From an uncultured Succiniclasticum sp. (GTDB taxonomy: Bacteria > Bacillota > Negativicutes > Acidaminococcales > Acidaminococcaceae): a stretch of 64,000 bases of DNA. The number at the start of each line of letters is the position of its first letter. Position 1 is the stretch's first letter. Positions 30,688 through 39,366 of this stretch are shown here, in pieces. The notes below the pieces were generated by a model. That model did no database searches and had not been told where the DNA came from. It saw nothing but the letters and a program-made list of their open reading frames with translations. The stretch lies in NCBI GenBank assembly GCA_905235335.1, contig CAJOKZ010000021.1:23622-87621 (forward strand). Direction: 5' to 3'. Both the position numbers and the translations under genes were made by a program.

Positions 30688-30716
30688 ATTATACAAACAG
30701 AAGTTCGATTTGTCAA
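30688..30716 (-). promoter_or_regulatory. recA sigma-A promoter (consensus -35 and -10)
   Basis: The minus strand reads TTGACA-aatcgaacttctgtttg-TATAAT, with both hexamers perfect and a 17-nt spacer. The -10 lies 43 bp upstream of the recA ATG. Confidence 0.75.
30694..30707 (-). promoter_or_regulatory. candidate LexA (Cheo/DinR) box inside the recA promoter spacer
   Basis: The minus strand reads CGAACTTCTGTTTG against the Gram-positive SOS box CGAAC-N4-GTTCG, with one mismatch. Confidence 0.55.
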
Positions 30717-30852
30717 CAGAGGGTATAAAAATATTTAATGAACCCAGAACGATTCACCTGTACAATCTTAGGATTTGTGGTATGATAGTGACAATAAGCG
30801 CTTCGTGAACTAATATTTAGACTGATATTTTAAAAAGGAATGAGGAATTTTT

Positions 30853-31887
30853 ATGGAAATGCAGATGGAATTTATCCGCAAACTGCCGTCACCCCAAGAA
30901 CTGATGGAAGAATTTCCCCTTGGCGACGCCGCTCGGGATGCCAAAAATAAACGTGATGAGGAGCTCGCAGACATCCTGTGCGGAAAAGATGACCGCTTCC
31001 TGCTGGTTATCGGCCCCTGCTCCGCCGACAATGAGGATGCAGTACTGGATTATGTCAACCGCCTCGCAGCCGTACAGGAAAAAGTCAAAGATAAATTGCT
31101 CTTGGTTCCCCGGGTCTACACAAACAAGCCAAGAACCATCGGCGTTGGATATAAAGGTATGCTTCACCAAGCAAATCCAGAAGGCAAAGAAGATATGCTT
31201 TCCGGCATCACCGCCATCCGGAAGATGCATGTACGTGTCATCCGGGAAACGGGCCTTACCAGCGCGGAAGAAATTCTGTATCCGGAAAACCACCGGTACC
31301 TTTCTGATATTTTATCCTATGGAGCCATTGGTGCCCGTTCCGTAGAAGACCAGCTCCATCGGATGATTGCAAGCGGCGCTGGAATCCCCGTCGGCATGAA
31401 GAATCCCACCAGCGGTGATATTGCCGTTATGCTGAATTCCATTGAAGCAGCCCAGCATCAGCAGAGCTTCCTGTTCCACGGCTGGGAAGTACGTACCACA
31501 GGTAACCCACTAGCCCACGCTATTTTACGTGGCTACGTGGATCAATTCGGAAACAATATGCCCAATTATCATTATGAAGACCTGCAGAGGCTTCTAGATG
31601 CATATCATGAACGGGACGCCGTGAATCCTGCTGTCATCGTAGATGCCAATCATTCCAACTCGGGCAAAAAATATATGGAACAGATACGTATCTCCAAAGA
31701 TATCATGCACAGCCGACAGGTTTCTTCGGACATTCACCAGTTGGTCAAAGGTATTATGATCGAAAGTTATATCGAAGACGGATGCCAGAAGATCGGCGCC
31801 GGCATATATGGACGTTCAATCACCGATCCCTGCCTTGGCTGGGCAAAAAGTGAACGGCTAATCATGGAATTAGCAGAAATGGTATAA
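30853..31887 (+). CDS. 3-deoxy-7-phosphoheptulonate (DAHP) synthase, class I alpha
   Basis: LLVIGPCS, KPRT..GYKGML and NHSNSGK are motifs of AroF/G/H-type DAHP synthases. The length (344 aa) fits. Confidence 0.9.
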   Translation: MEMQMEFIRKLPSPQELMEEFPLGDAARDAKNKRDEELADILCGKDDRFLLVIGPCSADNEDAVLDYVNRLAAVQEKVKDKLLLVPRVYTNKPRTIGVGYKGMLHQANPEGKEDMLSGITAIRKMHVRVIRETGLTSAEEILYPENHRYLSDILSYGAIGARSVEDQLHRMIASGAGIPVGMKNPTSGDIAVMLNSIEAAQHQQSFLFHGWEVRTTGNPLAHAILRGYVDQFGNNMPNYHYEDLQRLLDAYHERDAVNPAVIVDANHSNSGKKYMEQIRISKDIMHSRQVSSDIHQLVKGIMIESYIEDGCQKIGAGIYGRSITDPCLGWAKSERLIMELAEMV

Positions 31888-31934
31888 ATATCTGGAGACA
31901 ACGTAAAAAATACTACCATTCTAAAAACAGACCA

Positions 31935-31983
31935 GACCATATTCCTCAAAGGCAGTCCCTCAGAGGAATATGGTCCTTTTTTC
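31935..31983 (+). terminator. DAHP synthase gene terminator
   Basis: Perfect 13-bp stem gaccatattcctc / gaggaatatggtc followed by CTTTTTTT. Confidence 0.85.
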
Positions 31984-32156
31984 GTAGAAAACGATGATGC
32001 AAAACGGTATATGTAAATTCAATCTCCCTGCTTCCGCCATAAAAAGAAAAACAGGGAGGACTACCAGTCCTGCTAACGCATAAATATTTACAGGCTATAA
32101 ACTCACAGAACCGAAAGATAAAGGATGATCATATTTAAAAGTTCAAACAAGACATA

Positions 32157-32570
32157 TCAGAAACGATCCAGCAGTCTGTACCCTTTCCCCCGCAAAAATG
32201 TTTCAGTTTCCGGCTCATTGGTACAGAACACGGCAATAGGTGTACTGTCGCTGCGATCAAAGGAAATATACAGGTACCTGATCATCACATTTGCATTCTG
32301 CAAATCCATCAAAATCCGGTTCAATGTACCCGGCTTATCGGAGGCCATGTCAATGGCGATAACCTTGTCCAGTCGACACTGGTACCCAGCTTTTTCCAAT
32401 GCCGCTTTAGCCGGCTCCGGCTTGTCAACAATCAGCCGGATAATTCCGAATTCCGCACTGTCCGTTGCCAGCATCGTATATATATTGATATCCGATTCCG
32501 CTAACACCGATGTCATCCTGCTCAAAGCCCCCTTGGTATTGGCGGCAAACAATGAAATCTGATTCAGCAT
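32157..32570 (-). CDS. ACT domain-containing protein (tandem ACT-like halves)
   Basis: MLNQISLFAANTKGALSRMTSVLAESDINI and DKPGTLNRILMDLQNANVMI are ACT beta-alpha-beta signatures. I chose the start at the internal ATG. Confidence 0.7.
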   Translation of the reverse strand: MLNQISLFAANTKGALSRMTSVLAESDINIYTMLATDSAEFGIIRLIVDKPEPAKAALEKAGYQCRLDKVIAIDMASDKPGTLNRILMDLQNANVMIRYLYISFDRSDSTPIAVFCTNEPETETFLRGKGYRLLDRF

Positions 32571-32701
32571 AAAAAACCTTCTTTCCTGGCAGCACACCCG
32601 ATAGTCCTGCCAATAGTCCACTCACTGTTATTAAGGATACCGAAAATTTATACAAATGTAAATAAAAAATCGCAAATATTTCGAATATCTTCCATATTTT
32701 T

Positions 32702-33634
32702 TTATTTTTTCGCTTCTTGTGCCAGGCGTAACATTTCTTCCCGGGAGAATTCATACTTTGCATTACAATATGGACATGTCACTTCTGTTTTCAAATCTTT
32801 TGCCAGCTGGTTCAATTCTTTTTTTGGTAGAGTTTCCAATACAGCTTCTACCCGTTTCCGGCTGCAACGACAACCAAAATGCAGAGGGTAGCTGTCAAGA
32901 ATCTCCACTTCCATATCCCGGCCCAACATCCGGATGATTCGTTCCGGGGTGAACCCCATATCGATCAGGTTGGAAACATAAGGTGTGTTCCGTACATTTT
33001 TGTCCAACTGTATCAGCGTTTCCTCGCTACAATTGGGCAGAGCCTGTATAAACCAGCCACCGGCGGCCTGTACATCACCTTTTTCGTCAACCAATACACC
33101 AAGTCCCACAGAAGAAGGTGTTTGCTCTGATCTGTATAAGTATCGGGTCAAATCATCCGCGATTTCCCCGTCCACCAGCTCTGCCGTCCCGGTAAACGGC
33201 CTGACATCCGCTGAATAACGGGTAACGGATATCGTACCGCTTCCCACTGCACCGCCAACATCAAGATGCCCGTTCTTCGGGGGGAGATATACATCTGGAT
33301 TACCCACGTAGCCCCGGGCCGTTCCACCCTGTGCCTCACCGGTAATACCTCCGATGGGACCGTCCCCGGCAATTTTAATGCCGACCCCTTCTTCGTTTTT
33401 CATGGTGGCCGCCAACAGGAGAGCACCGGTCACCGTGCGTCCCAGGGCAGCCGTTGCCAGATGAGACATATGGTGGCGCAGAGACAGCTTGCGCACCAGT
33501 CTGGTGGTACGCGCCACATAAATCCGCGCATCTCCAACTGTCGCGCGGGTAAGAATATCTGCTTCACCAGTAAAACTTTCTTTAATTATCTTTTCTTTCA
33601 CCTGATCTATTGCATCATTTTTCGTATCGCTCAT
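32702..33634 (-). CDS. hslO: redox-regulated chaperone Hsp33
   Basis: Hsp33 core (RTVTGALLLAATMK..). C-terminal zinc centre CRCS...CPYC. Confidence 0.9.
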   Translation of the reverse strand: MSDTKNDAIDQVKEKIIKESFTGEADILTRATVGDARIYVARTTRLVRKLSLRHHMSHLATAALGRTVTGALLLAATMKNEEGVGIKIAGDGPIGGITGEAQGGTARGYVGNPDVYLPPKNGHLDVGGAVGSGTISVTRYSADVRPFTGTAELVDGEIADDLTRYLYRSEQTPSSVGLGVLVDEKGDVQAAGGWFIQALPNCSEETLIQLDKNVRNTPYVSNLIDMGFTPERIIRMLGRDMEVEILDSYPLHFGCRCSRKRVEAVLETLPKKELNQLAKDLKTEVTCPYCNAKYEFSREEMLRLAQEAKK

Positions 33635-33793
33635 ATCGGTTCCTTAGTTGTTAACATTTATAGTAATACACTGCCGTCAAGCCATGGCATCTGTCATAAG
33701 ACCATTATGATACTGTTCCGCCCACAGCCAGGGTAAACCGATTCTTCGCATCCGGTCCCTGCCTAAAAGGAATGAGTTGTTTCAAAGATCAGA

Positions 33794-34255
33794 TTACAGC
33801 TTCTTGAACAGGGTTGCCATTTCAATGGCACTCATGGCTGCATCAAATCCTTTATTTCCCGCTTTGGTACCCGCACGTTCCACCGCCTGCTGAATCGTTT
33901 CCGTTGTCAGGATGCCAAATGACACCGGCACACCAGTTTTCAGGGAAGCCTGTGCCACTCCTTTCGCCGCTTCTGCACACACATAGTCAAAATGTGGCGT
34001 AGAACCGCGGATGACAGCGCCCAATGCGATGATAGCATCATATTTCCCGCTCTCCGCAAGCGTCTGAGCAACCAGAGGAATCTCATAGGCGCCTGGCACC
34101 CAGATCAGAGTAACTTCATCTGTGTCGCCACCCGTCCGGCGAATCGCATCTTCTGCGCCGCCCAGCAATTTGCTGGTAATAAATTCGTTAAACCGGGAAA
34201 CCACGATTGCAAGACTTAATCCTTTTGCAGATAACATGCCCTCAATAACTTTCAT
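33794..34255 (-). CDS. ribH: 6,7-dimethyl-8-ribityllumazine synthase
   Basis: [27 protein letters not shown] and [19 protein letters not shown] are RibH motifs. Confidence 0.95.
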   Translation of the reverse strand: MKVIEGMLSAKGLSLAIVVSRFNEFITSKLLGGAEDAIRRTGGDTDEVTLIWVPGAYEIPLVAQTLAESGKYDAIIALGAVIRGSTPHFDYVCAEAAKGVAQASLKTGVPVSFGILTTETIQQAVERAGTKAGNKGFDAAMSAIEMATLFKKL

Positions 34256-34284
34256 ACGTTAACCTCCTTGTATCATAACTTAAA

Positions 34285-35526
34285 TTATTGTTCATTCTTT
34301 TTGCAGTGACATCCCAAGTGAAGGCCTGAAAACTCATGGCCCATCTTGTTCTCTTTCGTTTCCAGATAGAACTCATTAAACCTGTTAGGAGCGATTTCGA
34401 TAGGCACTCTCCCGGTCACCGTAATCCCGTAACCGGAAAGTCCCGCCCGCTTAGCTGGATTATTGGTAATCAGCCGCACACTGGTAAGCCCCAGGTCGGC
34501 TAGGATTTGTGCACCCAAACCATAATCCCGCAGATCCGGAGCGAACCCCAGTCGCACATTTGCTTCTACCGTATCCAGCCCCTGTTCTTGCAGTGCATAT
34601 GCGCGAATCTTATTAGCCAGTCCAATGCCGCGACCTTCCTGTCGCATATAGACCACGACCCCGCAGCCTTCTTTCTCAATCATACACAGAGCAGAAGCCA
34701 GCTGATCCCCACAATCACAGCGGAGACTGCCGAAGGCATCTCCTGTCAGGCACTCTGAATGAACACGGACCAACACATCTTTTTTCCCCTCAACCTCACC
34801 TTTTACCAATGCAATATGACACAAATCATCTAGGTCATTTTCATAAGCAATAATCCTGAATGTCCCGTATTTGGAAGGAAGAAACGCTTCCGCTGCACGA
34901 TGCACCATCTTCTCATGCTGCTTCCGATAGGCCACCAAGGAAGCTACCGTGATAAATACCAGATGATGCTTCCGGGCAAATTTCATCAGTTGAGGCATAC
35001 GCATCATATAGCCGTCTTCGTCCATGATCTCGCAACAAACCCCCACCGGCGTAAGTCCGGCAAGCCTGCACAGGTCCGTCGTGGCTTCCGTATGCCCCGT
35101 ACGAATCAACACCCCGCCCTTCCTGCTCCGCAGGGGAAACACATGGCCGGGTCGGCGGAAATCCATTGCCTGTGACCCAGGTTCTGTCACCTTCTTCATG
35201 GTATATGCCCGCTCATAAGCGGAAATCCCCGTGGTCGTATCCATATGATCGATGGATACAGAAAAAGCAGTTTCATGATTGTCCGTATTATGGGATACCA
35301 TAGAACCGAATTTCAGTTTATCCATAATCTCTCCGTCAGCCGGCATGCAGATTAGACCCCTCGCCTCTTTTGCCATGAAATTGATTGATTCCCCTGTGCA
35401 GAATTCAGCCGCCATGATTAAGTCGCCTTCATTTTCCCTATCCTCATCATCCGACACAAGTATCATCTTTCCGGTTCGTATGGCAGCGATGGCCTCATCC
35501 ACTGTATTAAATGTAAAATCCGTCAT
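34285..35526 (-). CDS. ribBA: bifunctional 3,4-dihydroxy-2-butanone-4-phosphate synthase / GTP cyclohydrolase II
   Basis: [16 protein letters not shown] (DHBP synthase) and [21 protein letters not shown] (GCH II zinc site). Confidence 0.95.
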   Translation of the reverse strand: MTDFTFNTVDEAIAAIRTGKMILVSDDEDRENEGDLIMAAEFCTGESINFMAKEARGLICMPADGEIMDKLKFGSMVSHNTDNHETAFSVSIDHMDTTTGISAYERAYTMKKVTEPGSQAMDFRRPGHVFPLRSRKGGVLIRTGHTEATTDLCRLAGLTPVGVCCEIMDEDGYMMRMPQLMKFARKHHLVFITVASLVAYRKQHEKMVHRAAEAFLPSKYGTFRIIAYENDLDDLCHIALVKGEVEGKKDVLVRVHSECLTGDAFGSLRCDCGDQLASALCMIEKEGCGVVVYMRQEGRGIGLANKIRAYALQEQGLDTVEANVRLGFAPDLRDYGLGAQILADLGLTSVRLITNNPAKRAGLSGYGITVTGRVPIEIAPNRFNEFYLETKENKMGHEFSGLHLGCHCKKNEQ

Positions 35527-35543
35527 CTTGTTTTCCCCGTTTC

Positions 35544-36239
35544 TTAAAATCCATGCCTTGATAAAAATTCTTCTGTCAGCTCCGTCTCATGATCTTGGGC
35601 TTCCCCAGAAACTCTGGCTCGCCGTTCCTCCGACCTTTTCCTTTCAGAATCCTTCGGAGCCATCATCTTCTCTACATACCGGGCAATAATATCCGTTTCC
35701 AGATTCACGGGAGCCCCGACAGTTTTATATCCCAGCGTGGTCATCTTCGCCGTGTGGGGAATCAGCGAAACCCTAAACTCCTCCTCATCTGTTCCGGTAA
35801 CCGTCAGGCTAATGCCATCAACCGCAATGGATCCTTTTTCCACTATATATTTTAGCAGTTCCGCGGGTGCTTCTATGCGATATAACAGCGCATTTCCATC
35901 TGACTGGATCCCCAGGATTTTCCCAATGCCTTCCACATGTCCCTGCACAATATGCCCGTTCAGCCCATCTTCAGGCCGCAACGCCTTTTCCAGGTTCACC
36001 CTGTCACCCGGATGCAACTGGTGCAATGTTGTACGGCGCACCGTTTCAGGCATCACATCGGCTGTAAAACGGCCTCCCTGCAAATGCACGACAGTCAGGC
36101 AGACACCGTTCACCGCAATACTGTCACCGATTTTCACACCGGGCATAATCTTTTGCGCACGTACAGTCAATCGGCAGGAATCGTTTTCCTCTGCCAAGCG
36201 CTCCACTGCGCCCAATTCTGCAATGAGACCAGTAAACAT
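35544..36239 (-). CDS. ribE: riboflavin synthase alpha chain
   Basis: MFTGLI..G and a duplicated lumazine-binding repeat ([13 protein letters not shown] / [12 protein letters not shown]). There is a charged C-terminal extension of about 30 aa. Confidence 0.9.
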   Translation of the reverse strand: MFTGLIAELGAVERLAEENDSCRLTVRAQKIMPGVKIGDSIAVNGVCLTVVHLQGGRFTADVMPETVRRTTLHQLHPGDRVNLEKALRPEDGLNGHIVQGHVEGIGKILGIQSDGNALLYRIEAPAELLKYIVEKGSIAVDGISLTVTGTDEEEFRVSLIPHTAKMTTLGYKTVGAPVNLETDIIARYVEKMMAPKDSERKRSEERRARVSGEAQDHETELTEEFLSRHGF

Positions 36240-36292
36240 TGTCCTCTCCTTGTCATGTAACTATCTGCAATATAACAATTCACCCAGAGTTT

Positions 36293-37420
36293 TTAACGCA
36301 TTTCTGGATTAACGCCGCTTTCACAAAAACGGACGCGTCCCGTGATCAGCCAGTCCGGTCCCAGTTCCTTCAGTTCCGGTTCCATCACAGAAGCGCACCG
36401 GGACAGTATGGGAATTCCTTTTCCTCCGATGGGCGGAAGGGCTGCGCTGCCACCCACGAGCTTTGGTGCGATAAAGGCGTAGACACGGTCTGCAACTTCT
36501 GAATCCAGAAAGGTTCCTAGTACCCCGCTACCACCTTCCACTAAGACCGAGGCAATATTCCTTTTATATAAAGCTCGGAGCAGGCTTTGAATATCAATCT
36601 TCCCATCGGAATCTGGAAGCGGAATCACGTGTACCCGATCCATCTCCTGCAGCTTTTCGCATTTTTCCACATCTGCCTTCAGACCGGTAATCACCAGCGT
36701 GTCCGCATCACCCTGAAGGACTCTGGCGGATAACGGGATACGGGCATGCGTATCGAGGATAATACGCACAGGATTTTTTCCTTCCACCAACCGTGTGGTC
36801 AGTTCTGGATCATCGTCCAGTACTGTCCCGATGCCTACTAGGATCCCATCATGGATCCGACGGAGACAGTGGCTGTAAACATGAGCATTATGACCTGTTA
36901 CAAAATGGGAATCCCGAGTAGTGGTGGCCAGTTTTCCATCCAGTGTTTCCGCAAATTTCAAACTGATAAAAGGTCGCTTTTGTGTTACCCATACCAAGAA
37001 ATGTTCATTAAGGCGTCGAGCTTCCTTTTCACATACCCCGACAATGACCTCTACGCCTGCTTCCCGCAGACGTCGGAATCCGTTCCCAGCCACTTTGGGA
37101 TTTGGATCTTCCATAGCTGCTACAACGCGTCTAATGCCGGCTTCAATCAGGGCATCACAGCAAGGACCTGTCCGTCCCCAGTGAGAACAAGGCTCCAGAC
37201 TGACATAAGCTGTATATCCCTTTGCCTTCCGAGACTGCATGTCCGTCAGAGCATTGACCTCCGCGTGGGGTGATCCCGCCTTATGATGCCAGCCCTCCCC
37301 GACAACTCTGTTATGCTGATCCAGGATTACGCAGCCCACCATAGGATTTGGGCTTGTATTCCCTTCTGCTCTTCTCGCAAGCTCCAATGCCCTTCTCATA
37401 TAAACTTCATGATCTGGCAT
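36293..37420 (-). CDS. ribD: bifunctional riboflavin biosynthesis deaminase/reductase RibD
   Basis: CMP/dCMP deaminase zinc motif HAEVNAL..PCSHWGRTGPC followed by a RibD_C reductase domain. Confidence 0.95.
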   Translation of the reverse strand: MPDHEVYMRRALELARRAEGNTSPNPMVGCVILDQHNRVVGEGWHHKAGSPHAEVNALTDMQSRKAKGYTAYVSLEPCSHWGRTGPCCDALIEAGIRRVVAAMEDPNPKVAGNGFRRLREAGVEVIVGVCEKEARRLNEHFLVWVTQKRPFISLKFAETLDGKLATTTRDSHFVTGHNAHVYSHCLRRIHDGILVGIGTVLDDDPELTTRLVEGKNPVRIILDTHARIPLSARVLQGDADTLVITGLKADVEKCEKLQEMDRVHVIPLPDSDGKIDIQSLLRALYKRNIASVLVEGGSGVLGTFLDSEVADRVYAFIAPKLVGGSAALPPIGGKGIPILSRCASVMEPELKELGPDWLITGRVRFCESGVNPEMR

Positions 37421-37439
37421 GGGTTTTCATCTCCCAAAT

Positions 37440-37685
37440 AAAATAACCACAGGAAATGTCCTGAGGCATTCCCTATGGTCAAAAAATCTCCCATAAATCG
37501 TCTTTTTCCATCCAGACTATACTGTCGGTCCCGGAATTGCACCGGATCATACGTCAACGCAAAATATGCGCCTTCGCTCGCGGACTTTGGGAAACGCTAA
37601 TCAATCAGTATTCCCGTCACCGCCGGTTGGGAATTGCGCAGCCTCTTCAGTCTGAATACTGCGTTCACCCTGCCCCAAAGACTAT
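37440..37685 (-). promoter_or_regulatory. FMN riboswitch (RFN element) with terminator expression platform, leader of ribD-ribE-ribBA-ribH
   Basis: The minus strand reads GTCTTTGGGGCAGGGTGAA..ATTCCCAACCGGCGGTGA..AGTCCGCGAGC..GATCCGGTGCAATTCCGGGACCGACAGTATAGTCTGGATGGAAAAAGAC. The P1 helix GTCTTT/AAAGAC bounds the aptamer at about 37500-37682. A hairpin follows (ccatagggaatg..catttcctgtgg) with TTATTTTATTT at about 37440-37480. Confidence 0.92.
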
Positions 37686-37834
37686 TTTCTTTATAGAGTT
37701 TAATATGAAAAACCGAAACTGTCAACATCCGGCAATGAGACATCACGGACAATCAAAACTTTTTAAAAGTTTTTCTCTAATTATACTGCATAAATTTGCT
37801 TTTCCGTATCATCCACCACCATTCCCCGGAATTC

Positions 37835-38479
37835 TTATACCCGCAGGCTTTTAATAGCATCTTCCACATCCCCAGCTCCGTATACATAGGAACCTGCCAC
37901 TAATATATCAGCTCCTGCATTCACCACGAGTTTCGCCGTTTCTGCATTAATACCGCCATCCACCTGGATTCCTGTCTTTAGTCCTGCCCGGTCAAGCATC
38001 CGGCGTAGTCGGCTAATCTTTGGAAGCACGGAAGGAATAAATTTCTGACCTCCAAATCCAGGATTGACAGTCATCAGCAGCACCATATCCACATCTGGCA
38101 GGATCTCCTTGATCATGGACAGCGGGCTGGCAGGATTTAAAGCTACACCGGCCCGTATTCCTTTTGCATGGATCTGCTGCACACAGCGGTGCAGATGCCG
38201 AGTCGCTTCCGCATGGACCACAATTTGATCCGATCCGGCAGCGGCAAAATCATCAATGTATGTCTCCGGATGATCCACCATCAGGTGGCTGTCAAAAAAC
38301 AACCCCGTCACCCTCCGAATCTTTTTAACCACCGGTGCCCCAAATGTCAGGTTTGGCACAAAGTTTCCATCCATCACATCAATATGTACCCAATCGGCGC
38401 CGGCTTTTTCAACCTTTTTAATTTCATCCCCAAGGCAGGAAAAATCTGCCGACAGGATTGATGGTGCCACTTTAATCAT
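37835..38479 (-). CDS. rpe: ribulose-phosphate 3-epimerase
   Basis: IAPSILSADF, HIDVMDGNFVPN, and MTVNPGFGGQKF are Rpe motifs. Confidence 0.95.
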   Translation of the reverse strand: MIKVAPSILSADFSCLGDEIKKVEKAGADWVHIDVMDGNFVPNLTFGAPVVKKIRRVTGLFFDSHLMVDHPETYIDDFAAAGSDQIVVHAEATRHLHRCVQQIHAKGIRAGVALNPASPLSMIKEILPDVDMVLLMTVNPGFGGQKFIPSVLPKISRLRRMLDRAGLKTGIQVDGGINAETAKLVVNAGADILVAGSYVYGAGDVEDAIKSLRV

Positions 38480-39366
38480 TTCCGAGCCCTCTCTTTATTT
38501 TCTTTCAATTCCTGCAGAATTAAAATATAAGATGTATACCGGGAAGAAGCGATTTTTCCTGCTCTGACTGCATCTTTCACACCACAGACCGGTTCATGGG
38601 TATGACTACAGGGGGAAAACTTGCAAGCTTCCTCATACTGCTGAAATTCAGGAAAATATTTTGGCAACGCTTCCAACTCCATACTTTCCATTAGTACATT
38701 GCCAAATCCGGGTGTATCTGCCAGGTAACCACCATTAAAGGGAATAAGTTCCGTATATCGGGTTGTATGACGTCCCCGGCTGATCTTGCTACTGATCTCC
38801 CCCGTCCCTCGTAAAAGCCCTGGCTGAATTGCGTTTAAAGCGGAAGATTTTCCAACCCCGCTAGGTCCGCCTAACGCCGTTATCTTTCCGGTAAGGCGTG
38901 CCCTAAGCCTATCAATTCCCAGTCCTGTTTTTGAAGAAACAATAAATGTCTCGTAACCAATAGTATTGTAGATAGATGCAACCGACCCCGCCAGTTCCTC
39001 GGTAACCAAGTCAGCCTTTGTCAGAACGATTAAAACCGGCACATCCGAAGCGGCGGCCAGCACTAACAACTTATCCATAATGAGGAAACTAAACTCCGGC
39101 TGGGTCAGAGCCAGTGTTATAACCAGAAAATCCAGATTGGCTACGGCGGGTCTGGACAGGCAGTTCCTTCGGGGAAGAACGGCCGTAATCATCCCCTCCC
39201 GTGTTTCATTTTCTCCCTTCAGTTCCAATGCTACCCTGTCTCCCGTACACAGCGAGAACCGTTTTTGTTTCATGTGGCCTTTTACCTTACAGGTCACCGT
39301 TACGCCGTCACTATCCACATAATAGTAACCGCTGTACGATCGAACCACTATTCCTGTCCTTACCAA
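38476..39366 (-). CDS. rsgA: ribosome small-subunit-dependent GTPase A
   Basis: OB fold, circularly permuted GTPase (LTKADL..GPSGVGKSS) and a C-terminal zinc knuckle C..C.H..C. Confidence 0.9.
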   Translation of the reverse strand: MVRTGIVVRSYSGYYYVDSDGVTVTCKVKGHMKQKRFSLCTGDRVALELKGENETREGMITAVLPRRNCLSRPAVANLDFLVITLALTQPEFSFLIMDKLLVLAAASDVPVLIVLTKADLVTEELAGSVASIYNTIGYETFIVSSKTGLGIDRLRARLTGKITALGGPSGVGKSSALNAIQPGLLRGTGEISSKISRGRHTTRYTELIPFNGGYLADTPGFGNVLMESMELEALPKYFPEFQQYEEACKFSPCSHTHEPVCGVKDAVRAGKIASSRYTSYILILQELKENKERARK

